Shown in pieces: positions 29,854 through 37,601 of a DNA stretch of 64,000 bases. The notes under the pieces were generated by a model that did not search any database, was not told the origin of the DNA, and was given only the letters and a program-made list of their open reading frames with translations. Location of the stretch: NCBI GenBank assembly GCA_963822445.1, contig CAWGHO010000003.1, forward strand, positions 1,376,001 through 1,440,000. Reading direction: 5' to 3'. Origin of the DNA: an uncultured Acidobacteriota bacterium (lineage in GTDB: Bacteria > Acidobacteriota > Thermoanaerobaculia > Gp7-AA8). The number at the start of each line of letters is the position of its first letter. The first letter of the stretch is position 1. A program made the translations under genes and the position numbers.

Positions 29854-31098
29854 CTACTTCTTCGCGCTAGCCTCCGCGGCCCGCGCCGCCGCCTCGGTCA
29901 ACTCCTGCTCCTGTTTGTTCGACATGGGCGGGTTGTAGGCGGCGATGCCGGTCACGGTCTGGCCGATGACCAGGTTGTGGATGTCGTGCGTGCCCTCGTA
30001 TGTCTTCACCGACTCGAGGTTCATCATGTGCCGCACCACCGGGTACTCGTCCGACACGCCGTTCGCGCCGAGCATGTCCCGGGCGATGCGCGCGCATTCG
30101 AGGGCGATGTTGCAGTTGTTCATCTTCGCCATCGACACGTGCTGCGGCTTGAGGCGGCCCTGATCCTTCATCCGCCCGCACTGCACGGCCAGGAGCTGGC
30201 CTTTGGTGATCTCGGTGATCATCCAGGCGAGCTTGTTCTGCACGAGCTGATGGGAGGCGATCGGCTGCCCGCCGAACTGGATGCGCGACTTCGCGTACTC
30301 GTTCGCGGTGTGGAAGACGCCCATGGCTGCGCCGAGGACGCCCCAGGCGATGCCGTAGCGGGCCTGGGTCAGACAGGAGAGCGGATATTTGAGGCCGTTC
30401 GTTTCCGGAAGCACGTTCTCGAGCGGAATGCGGCAGTCCTCGAAGAACAGCTGTGAAGTGACCGAGGCGCGGAGCGAGAACTTGCCCATGTGCAGGGCCG
30501 TGGAAAAGCCGGGCGTGTCCTTTTCGACGAGGAACCCGCGGATGGTCCCTTCGCACTTCGCCCAGACCACGGCCACGTCGGCGATCGAGCCGTTGGTGAT
30601 CCAGGCCTTCGCGCCGTTGAGGACCCAGGAATCGCCGTCCTTGCGGGCGTGCGTGCGCATGCCGGCGGGGTTCGAGCCGAAATCCGGCTCGGTCAGACCG
30701 AAGCAGCCGATCTTCTCGCCGGCGGCCATCTTCGGGATCCAGTAGTCGCGCTGTTCCTTCGAGCCGTACGCGTTGATGGGGAACATCACCAGGCCGGACT
30801 GCACGGAGGCGAAGGAGCGGAGGCCGGAATCGCCCCGCTCCAGCTCCTGCATGATCAGGCCGTAGGCCACGTGATTGAGGCCGGGGAGGTCGTACTCCTT
30901 GATGGTGGCGCCGAAGAGGCCCATCTCGGCCATCTTCGGGATGAGGTGCATGGGGAACTTCTCTTCGCGATTCGCATGCTCGATGATGGGGATCACTTCC
31001 TCATCGACGAAGTCGCGAACGGTCTGCCTTACCATCAGCTCTTCTTCACTGAAGAGCGAGTCGATTTCAAGATAGTCGACGCCAGGGAAACTGGGCAC
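29854..31098 (-). CDS. gcdH: Acyl-CoA dehydrogenase, glutaryl-CoA dehydrogenase-like
   Basis: GTG start after aaggag; 'ELERGDSGLRSFASVQS', 'GCFGLTEPDFGS', 'NLESVKTYEGTHDIH'. Confidence 0.8.
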   Translation of the reverse strand: MPSFPGVDYLEIDSLFSEEELMVRQTVRDFVDEEVIPIIEHANREEKFPMHLIPKMAEMGLFGATIKEYDLPGLNHVAYGLIMQELERGDSGLRSFASVQSGLVMFPINAYGSKEQRDYWIPKMAAGEKIGCFGLTEPDFGSNPAGMRTHARKDGDSWVLNGAKAWITNGSIADVAVVWAKCEGTIRGFLVEKDTPGFSTALHMGKFSLRASVTSQLFFEDCRIPLENVLPETNGLKYPLSCLTQARYGIAWGVLGAAMGVFHTANEYAKSRIQFGGQPIASHQLVQNKLAWMITEITKGQLLAVQCGRMKDQGRLKPQHVSMAKMNNCNIALECARIARDMLGANGVSDEYPVVRHMMNLESVKTYEGTHDIHNLVIGQTVTGIAAYNPPMSNKQEQELTEAAARAAEASAKK

Positions 31099-31157
31099 GG
31101 GATACTCCTTCTTTGCAGCTGAAAACGTTGAGATTCGAGGGCCGGCAATCATACCCG

Positions 31158-32378
31158 ATGCGAATCGGGCTTTTCATCGCGGCCCTGGTGATCCGGGTCG
31201 CGGCGATCGAGATCACCGGCGCGACGACGATGGCCTTCGGCGACGCGGGCGATTACGTGGCCACGGCCCAGTCGATCTGCAGCCAGCATGTCTATCCGGA
31301 ACGGGGCAATCTGCCCTTTTTCCGCCCTCCAGGGTTGCCGTTTTTCATCGCCGGGGTGACGCTCTGCGAGCCGTCCCGGACGCGGGTGATCAAGTACGCC
31401 CTGGCGGCCACGGACGCAGCGACGGTGGTGGTGATTTTCGAGCTCGCGGCGATGCTTTTCGGCGGCTTTGCGGGGTTGCTCGCCGGGATCGGCGCGGCTT
31501 GCTATCCCTTCTTCATCTTCTCGACGACGGACCTTCGCAGCGAGCCGCTGTTCATGCTCCTGCTCACCCTGGCCATCCTGCTGCTGCTGCGCGGCAACGC
31601 TCCAGGCTCGGGGGTGGCGCTGGCGCTCGCCGCGCTCACGCGGCCGACGGCGTTGCTCTGCCTGCCGCTCTTCGCGCTGTTCGTGGGGCGGAAGAAAGCC
31701 GTCCCGCTGCTGATCGCGGGAGCGTTGACGCTCGCGCCGTGGATGGCGCGGAACTACCTCCGCTTCGGCGAGATCATCGTGGTCAACGACGCCGGGAGCT
31801 ACAGCGTCTGGCACGCGTCGCATCCGGAGACGCGGCGGATTTACGCCGCGGAGACACGCGAGGAGTTCAAGCGACGCGAGCTGGAGTTCGAGACGAAGAC
31901 CATTCACACGGTCGCGGCGCAGGTCGAGGCGCGGGCGAGCTCGCCGAATACGCGCGACGCCGAATGGCGGCGGATGGCCATCGAGGACCTTCGCCGCGAG
32001 CCCGCTGAATCGCTGCGGTTCATGCTGCGCAAGGCCGGCTACTACTGGCGGCCCTGGCTCAATCCGATCGAGCATGGCCGCGGAGCGGTCATCGCCAGCG
32101 CGATCATTCTCATCACGCTGTACGTGCTCGGATTCATCGGCATCTTCCGGCATCGCCTGCGCTGGGCGGTGCTCACTTACTTCGTGGTGATCTGGCTCGC
32201 CCACGTGCCGCATCAGGTGGTGATGCGCTACCGCATCCCCTTCACCGATCCGCTGCTGCTCGCCTTCGCCGCGTACACGATATGCGGATGGGGATATCCG
32301 AAATCGATCCGCGAGGACGAGACCTCCGCGAATCCGATGCGCGCGAGCCTCGCCGCGAACACTTCACGCGACTCGTAG
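31158..32378 (+). CDS. GT-C fold (ArnT/PMT-like) membrane glycosyltransferase
   Basis: 'DAGDY', 'RPPGLPFF', 'SEPLF', 'ALAALTRP', 'PWMARNY', 'RYRIP'; many TMs. Confidence 0.82.
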   Translation: MRIGLFIAALVIRVAAIEITGATTMAFGDAGDYVATAQSICSQHVYPERGNLPFFRPPGLPFFIAGVTLCEPSRTRVIKYALAATDAATVVVIFELAAMLFGGFAGLLAGIGAACYPFFIFSTTDLRSEPLFMLLLTLAILLLLRGNAPGSGVALALAALTRPTALLCLPLFALFVGRKKAVPLLIAGALTLAPWMARNYLRFGEIIVVNDAGSYSVWHASHPETRRIYAAETREEFKRRELEFETKTIHTVAAQVEARASSPNTRDAEWRRMAIEDLRREPAESLRFMLRKAGYYWRPWLNPIEHGRGAVIASAIILITLYVLGFIGIFRHRLRWAVLTYFVVIWLAHVPHQVVMRYRIPFTDPLLLAFAAYTICGWGYPKSIREDETSANPMRASLAANTSRDS

Positions 32379-32872
32379 TTGAAGGTCTCGGCCATGGTGA
32401 TGCCGAGGAGGCGCGTGGAGAGGGCTTCCTGAAATGCGTTCCAGCGGTTCTTCAGTTTCACGGCCGGATCCATCTCCTTGACCAGCAGCACGCCGCCGGG
32501 ATTCAGCCGCTCCAGCGCACGCCGCAGGATGTCGTCCCACGCCGCGACGGGAATGGCGTACAGGACGTCGACGATGGCCACGACATCGAACCGGCCGCGC
32601 ACGGCCTGATCGAACGCGGCGACGTAGCGCACGCCCTCGACCGCGCCGATCTTCCTCACGTCGGGCTCCACCGCCACCGCGCGAATACCCCGCGCCGCGA
32701 CCAGTCGCGAAAAGAGCCCATGCCCCGCGCCGATCTCGAGCATCGACCGCGCCTCTCGCGGCACGAACCGCAACAACCGCCCGAACGGACAGGTGAGATA
32801 GCGGATGAGGATGTGCAGCCGCGTCCCGGGCGGGCGGCGGCGGTAGGTGCGGTGGAGGAGGCGAAGGCTCAA
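32228..32872 (-). CDS. Class I SAM-dependent methyltransferase
   Basis: 'LEIGAGHG', 'VEPD', 'LNPGGVLLVKEMD', 'GYPHPH'; paralog of 35317-35964. Confidence 0.88.
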   Translation of the reverse strand: MSLRLLHRTYRRRPPGTRLHILIRYLTCPFGRLLRFVPREARSMLEIGAGHGLFSRLVAARGIRAVAVEPDVRKIGAVEGVRYVAAFDQAVRGRFDVVAIVDVLYAIPVAAWDDILRRALERLNPGGVLLVKEMDPAVKLKNRWNAFQEALSTRLLGITMAETFNYESREVFAARLARIGFAEVSSSRIDFGYPHPHIVYAAKASSSGSVKGMR

Positions 32873-32959
32873 AGGCGCAGAGGCTCAAAGGCTCAAAGGA
32901 GCTTGTGAGACTATGCCATAACGCTTTGAGCCCTTGAGCCTTTGCGCCTTTGAGCCTTG
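32864..32959. repeat. Tandem 8-mer (AGGCTCAA) x4 + spacer + inverted copies; contains TTG starts of both flanking genes
   Basis: aggctcaa aggcgcag aggctcaa aggctcaa ... ctttgagc ccttgagc ctttgcgc ctttgagc cttg. Confidence 0.85.
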
Positions 32960-33688
32960 AAAGTCCGCCCCTTCCTCCCCCTTCTCGCTATCGCCCTCCC
33001 CATCGCCATCGTCGCGGTGCTGCTGGCGAACATGCAGCGGCTGACGTTTGCGCGGGAGGGGATGGAGTTGATGCGGGGGATGGGCGGGGAGTGGTGGGCG
33101 ATTCCGCTCTTCCTTGCGCTGTACGTGCTCTTCGCGCTGGTGCTCATGCCCGTGGGCATTCTCTCCGCGGCCGCGGCACTGGCCTGGGGCTGGGAGGTTG
33201 GCGGGTTGCTCGATCTTCTCGGATGCACGCTCGCTTCGCTGCCGCCGTACTTCATCGCGAAACGTGGACTGCCGAAGCGGGTGAGCGCGTATTTCGAGCG
33301 GCATGGCATCGCCTTCAACGCCACGCCCGAGTTTTTTCCGCTGCTCATCCTGCGCATCGTGCCGATCTTTCCGTACGTCGCGCTCAACTACGTCGCCGGC
33401 GTGGCCCGCTACCGTCTCCGCGACTACATCGCCGCGACGTTCCTCGGCTCGATTCCCAGCGTTTTCCTCTTCGCCTACTTCATCGACACCCTCGGCGACT
33501 CGGCAATGGGCGGCGCCACGCAGCTGCGGATCCTCGGCGCCTGCGTGGCCATCGCCGTGCTGGCGATCATCGGCCGGTGGGGAGTCCGGTTCGCAATTCG
33601 TACAGCTCGACCGCAAGCCGCCGGCGATCCCCGCTCCGCAGCGACGGAACTTCCGCCGGAACGAAACTCCGCTCCGCCACGAGCCTGA
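32957..33688 (+). CDS. DedA/TVP38 (VTT domain) membrane protein
   Basis: 'LRIVPIFPYVALNYVAG..YIAATFLGSIP' signature. Confidence 0.88.
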   Translation: MKVRPFLPLLAIALPIAIVAVLLANMQRLTFAREGMELMRGMGGEWWAIPLFLALYVLFALVLMPVGILSAAAALAWGWEVGGLLDLLGCTLASLPPYFIAKRGLPKRVSAYFERHGIAFNATPEFFPLLILRIVPIFPYVALNYVAGVARYRLRDYIAATFLGSIPSVFLFAYFIDTLGDSAMGGATQLRILGACVAIAVLAIIGRWGVRFAIRTARPQAAGDPRSAATELPPERNSAPPRA

Positions 33689-35291
33689 TCAGCGGCGCAC
33701 CTGTGGGAACGTCGACCGTGATGTTCGTGCCCCGTGAGCGCTCCACGCGCGCTTTTGCGGTCTCGACGTCGTTGACGGCGATGGTGATCGTATTGGCCTC
33801 GATCGCCGCCGCATGCGGGAGTCCGATTCTCAGCCACAGAGAACGCGCCGGCCCGGGCGGCAACTGAATCGTTGCGGCCGGCGTCAACCACCGCCACTCC
33901 CGTCCGTCCTGATCGCGCTCGGGCGGAAAGACCCCTTCGACGATCCGGAAACGCCGCTCCGGCGGCAGAGGGATGACCGAGGTTGCGCGATAGTGATTGC
34001 GGGTCAGCTTGATGTAGGCGTCGCTCGGCTTCCATCGAAAGACCCGCGCGTCCGGCCGCGCCGTCGCACCATCGGCGTAGATGAACAGCGGCACATCGGG
34101 CCGGTTCCAGAATTTCGCGAGGCCGTCGTCGACTCGATGCGGATTGCGGTTAGCGAGAAAGTACGTCGCGTGAGGCCAGAGCGGGAGCTCGTACAGCACC
34201 ACCGCGTTCGGCGGGTAGGCGGCCCGCGCGAACTGTGCCGCGCGCACGGGCGGCGAAGCGCTGCTGCGCCGCTGGGCGAGGAGGGTGCCCGTGTACAGGA
34301 GGAACGCCACTCCGCCGATCGCCGCGGCCTGATACGGCCACTTCCGTACTCCCGCTCCGGCGAAGAAAGCCGTGACCAGAACGAACGGAATCGCGTAACG
34401 AACTCCGTCCGCCGGGTCCATGACCCAGAGAGCGAAGCTGATGTAGATCGCTCCGGCCGCGATCAGGGGCCAGGCGGCGCGGTTGCGGGCGGTGAGGAAG
34501 AAGCCGTACGCCGCAAGCGCGAGGGCAATCAACGCCATCGGTTCGGTGCCCCAGGGCCGGCCGATGAATCGGAAGGCGATCCGGGCCGGCGTCCATCCCG
34601 TACGCGACTGAGCGGCGTCGTGGGCTACCAAGTATTTGCCCTGGCCGGTCTCGAACTCGATCAGCCCTTCCAGGCTGCCAATCGCGGTCGTCAGTGGCGA
34701 GAGCCAGAGGAGACAGACGACGGTGAAGATGCCGAGCGCCATCAATCGATCGCGCCAGGTTCGCATCGTCGCCACATACGCGAGGAAGAGCGGCACGACG
34801 AAAATCGCGTACTGCATGCGCCAGCCCACCGTGAGAGCCGCGAAGACGGCGAACCATTCCCACCGCGACCGCGTGGCGCAGTAGAGCGCTGCCGCCAGCA
34901 ACGCCAGCGCCCCCGGCTCCGAGATCGGTAACGTCGAATGAATGAGCAACGCCGGCGACCAGTAGAAAAACATCGCGCCGGCCAGACCGGTGGCGAGATC
35001 GCCGGTCAGATTCCGAAAGGCCAGGGCGAGCAGCGCGAACCCTGTCGCCGAGGCGATGACGCTGAGGGCGACCAGCGTCGCGAAGTCGCTGGGAACGAAC
35101 AGGCGCACGACCTGTGCGAAATAAATGAAGACCGGATAGCCCGGCGGCGGCGGATGGTGGGCGAGGGGGTCGTACTTGTGCAGGGCCTGGAAGAAGAGCG
35201 GCTCGTCGAACTCCCACGGGCTGGCCGGCATCACACAAAGCAGCAGGACGACGTGCGCGGCGAGAGCGACAAGAAACGAACGCGACTTCAC
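33567..35291 (-). CDS. GT-C-like polytopic membrane protein with C-terminal extracytoplasmic beta domain
   Basis: 'EFDE..HHPPPPGYPVF', 'SEPG', 'GWR', 'RYAIP'; multiple TMs. Confidence 0.75.
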   Translation of the reverse strand: MKSRSFLVALAAHVVLLLCVMPASPWEFDEPLFFQALHKYDPLAHHPPPPGYPVFIYFAQVVRLFVPSDFATLVALSVIASATGFALLALAFRNLTGDLATGLAGAMFFYWSPALLIHSTLPISEPGALALLAAALYCATRSRWEWFAVFAALTVGWRMQYAIFVVPLFLAYVATMRTWRDRLMALGIFTVVCLLWLSPLTTAIGSLEGLIEFETGQGKYLVAHDAAQSRTGWTPARIAFRFIGRPWGTEPMALIALALAAYGFFLTARNRAAWPLIAAGAIYISFALWVMDPADGVRYAIPFVLVTAFFAGAGVRKWPYQAAAIGGVAFLLYTGTLLAQRRSSASPPVRAAQFARAAYPPNAVVLYELPLWPHATYFLANRNPHRVDDGLAKFWNRPDVPLFIYADGATARPDARVFRWKPSDAYIKLTRNHYRATSVIPLPPERRFRIVEGVFPPERDQDGREWRWLTPAATIQLPPGPARSLWLRIGLPHAAAIEANTITIAVNDVETAKARVERSRGTNITVDVPTGAPLIRLVAERSFVPAEVPSLRSGDRRRLAVELYELRTGLPTGR

Positions 35292-35297
35292 CTACTC

Positions 35298-35305
35298 ACT
35301 ATAAT
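35298..35305. promoter_or_regulatory. Overlapping divergent -10 boxes in a 25-bp gap
   Basis: TATAAT (+, 35300-35305) 11 nt before ATG 35317; TATAGT (-, 35303-35298) 6 nt before GTG 35291. Confidence 0.5.
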
Positions 35306-35316
35306 CCGCGCGCCCG

Positions 35317-35964
35317 ATGTCCATGTCCTGCCTCGCCGCGGCGCGTTTCCTCCGCCGCGTTTATCGCGACTATCCGCGCGCCCACCGCCTGCACGTGCTG
35401 GTGCGCTACGTCACCTGTCCGTTCGTGCGCACGCTCGACGACCTTCCAACCGGCGGGCGGATGCTGGAGATCGGCGCGGGGCACGGCATCTACTCCTATC
35501 TCGCGACGAACGATTCCTCGCGCCGCGTATACGCCGTCGAGCCGGATCTGCGCAAAGCCCTGCATCCGGAACATGCGCCGGGCGTGCAATGGATCGCGGG
35601 CTTCGACGAGGCCGTGCGGGGCACGTTCGACACGATCGTGATCTACGACGCGACCTACCGCATGGCCATCGCCTACCGCACCGAGCTCTATCGGCGCGTC
35701 TTCGATCGCCTTCGCCCCGGCGGCACGTTCATCCTCAAAGACATGGATCCCGGCCACCGCTGGAAGATGAAGTGGGCCCGCTTCCAGGAGTGGCTTTCCG
35801 ACACGTTCCTGAAGGTGAGCATCGGCGAGGGCTTCATCTACCAGACCCGCGCCGAAGTCGAAACGACGCTGCGCGGCATCGGCTTCGACAACTTTCGCGC
35901 GCGGGCCATCGATGCGGGGTATCCGCATCCGCATGTCCTTTATTCAGCGCGCAAACCGCGCTGA
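35317..35964 (+). CDS. Class I SAM-dependent methyltransferase
   Basis: 'RYVTCPF', 'LEIGAGHG', 'LRPGGTFILKDMD', 'GYPHPH'. Confidence 0.88.
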   Translation: MSMSCLAAARFLRRVYRDYPRAHRLHVLVRYVTCPFVRTLDDLPTGGRMLEIGAGHGIYSYLATNDSSRRVYAVEPDLRKALHPEHAPGVQWIAGFDEAVRGTFDTIVIYDATYRMAIAYRTELYRRVFDRLRPGGTFILKDMDPGHRWKMKWARFQEWLSDTFLKVSIGEGFIYQTRAEVETTLRGIGFDNFRARAIDAGYPHPHVLYSARKPR

Positions 35965-35973
35965 ATAAAGGAC

Positions 35974-36066
35974 AAATGCAGAATGCAGAATGCAAAATGC
36001 AGAAAGGGTTGAACGCGCGGTTTCGCGGGGCCTTTTCTGCATTCTGCATTTTGCATTCTGCATTTT
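35974..36066. repeat. Tandem 7-mer (AATGCAR) x4 + spacer + inverted copies x4
   Basis: aaatgcagaatgcagaatgcaaaatgcag ... ctgcattctgcattttgcattctgcatttt. Confidence 0.88.
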
Positions 36067-36097
36067 CTAGCGGCGCCAGCCGCTAGAATCGCCGCCC

Positions 36098-36811
36098 ATG
36101 CGCCGTCCATCCGTCTCCCTGGTCATCCCGATGTACAACGAGGAGCTCAACATCGAGCACGCTGTCGCGGCTGCCGTGGAGTCTCTTCAAAAGTACTCGG
36201 ACGACTACGAGATCATCATCGTCGACGACGCCTCGACCGATGACTCGCCGCAGTTGGCCGCGAAGCTGGCTCGCGAGAATCCGCGCATCAGGGTGATCAC
36301 GCACACGCGCAATCAGAAGCTCGGCGCGACGCTGCGCAGTGGCTTCGCGGCCACGACCAAAGAGCTGATCTTCTACATGGACGCCGACATCCCCTTCGAC
36401 CCCGAGGTCCTCGGCAACGCCATCCGGGCCATGCACGTCACCGGCGCGGACATGATCGCCGCGTACCGCCACGACCGGACGATGGAAGGGGCGCGGCGCG
36501 CGGTTTACACGCTGCTCTACAACTGGCTGATCGGGGTCCTCTTCGGCTGGCCGCACCGCGACATCAACTTCTCCTTCAAGTTGATGAAGCGGAAAGTGCT
36601 GGAAGCGATCGAGCTGAAGTCGGAGGGCTCGCTGATCGATGCGGAGCTCGTGGTGAAAGCGAAGAACCGCGGCTTCGCTATCCAGCAGATGGGCATCGAC
36701 TACTTTCCACGCATCCGCGGCACGTCGAATCTCGCTTCGGTCGGCGTGATCCTGAAGATCATCCGCGAGCTGGTGAAGCTCTATCCGGAAATGCGCGCGA
36801 AGCACCGATGA
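36098..36811 (+). CDS. GT2 glycosyltransferase (polyprenol-phosphate sugar synthase-like)
   Basis: 'VIPMYNEE', 'IIVDDASTD', 'MDAD', 'DINFSFKL'. Confidence 0.92.
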   Translation: MRRPSVSLVIPMYNEELNIEHAVAAAVESLQKYSDDYEIIIVDDASTDDSPQLAAKLARENPRIRVITHTRNQKLGATLRSGFAATTKELIFYMDADIPFDPEVLGNAIRAMHVTGADMIAAYRHDRTMEGARRAVYTLLYNWLIGVLFGWPHRDINFSFKLMKRKVLEAIELKSEGSLIDAELVVKAKNRGFAIQQMGIDYFPRIRGTSNLASVGVILKIIRELVKLYPEMRAKHR

Positions 36812-37578
36812 CGCGCCGCACGCTCATCGTCACCGCGGACGACATCGGATTGCATCCGGGCATGACCGAAGGAGCGATCCGCGCGCATCGCGAGGGCATC
36901 GTCACGGCCTGCAGCATCGTCGCGAACGGTGCCGCGTTCGACGACGCCGTGTCGCGACTGCGCGAGGTGCCGTCGCTGGAAGTGGGCGTGCATCTGACGC
37001 TGGTCGAAGAGCGGCCGCTGACGGCGATCCGTTTCCCGAAAAAGTACACGTCGTTCGTGCCGTTGTACCTGGCGCGGGTGATCGGCATCGGCGACATCGA
37101 GCGCGAGTTGCGCGCGCAGATCGAGCGGGTGATGGCGACGGGCCTGCGGGTCACGCATCTGAACGGGCACCAGCATCTGCATCTGCTGCCGCGCATTTTT
37201 CGGGTGGTGGTGAGGCTGGCGCGCGAGTATTCGATTCCGTACGTGCGGATCGTGGATGACCGCGGCGGCACAGCAAGAGGTCTCCCCATCGCCGCCCTCA
37301 GCTTGCTCGGCCGCCGAGGGCGAACCGCGGGGCTGACGAACGATCGCACCATCGGCGTTGCCGGTGCCGGCCATCTCGACGACGTCGTTCCGCTCCTTGA
37401 TCACGTCGAGGGCGTCACCGAGCTGGTCACCCATCCTGGCGTCGGCGTGAGCGGCTACGACTGGGGGTACGCGTGGGACGCCGAGACGCGCGCGCTTTGC
37501 GATCCCCGCCTGCGTGACGAGCTGGCCAAGCGCGGGATCGAGCTCAGTGCACCGTCACGCGCATCACAGCGCGGCTGA
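36808..37578 (+). CDS. YdjC/ChbG/HpnK-family carbohydrate deacetylase
   Basis: 'LIVTADDIG', 'VGVHLTL', 'THLNGHQHLH', 'ELVTHPG'; ATGA overlap with GT2. Confidence 0.92.
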   Translation: MTRRTLIVTADDIGLHPGMTEGAIRAHREGIVTACSIVANGAAFDDAVSRLREVPSLEVGVHLTLVEERPLTAIRFPKKYTSFVPLYLARVIGIGDIERELRAQIERVMATGLRVTHLNGHQHLHLLPRIFRVVVRLAREYSIPYVRIVDDRGGTARGLPIAALSLLGRRGRTAGLTNDRTIGVAGAGHLDDVVPLLDHVEGVTELVTHPGVGVSGYDWGYAWDAETRALCDPRLRDELAKRGIELSAPSRASQRG

Positions 37579-37601
37579 CGCGGTAGCCCCACATTCGTTT
37601 C

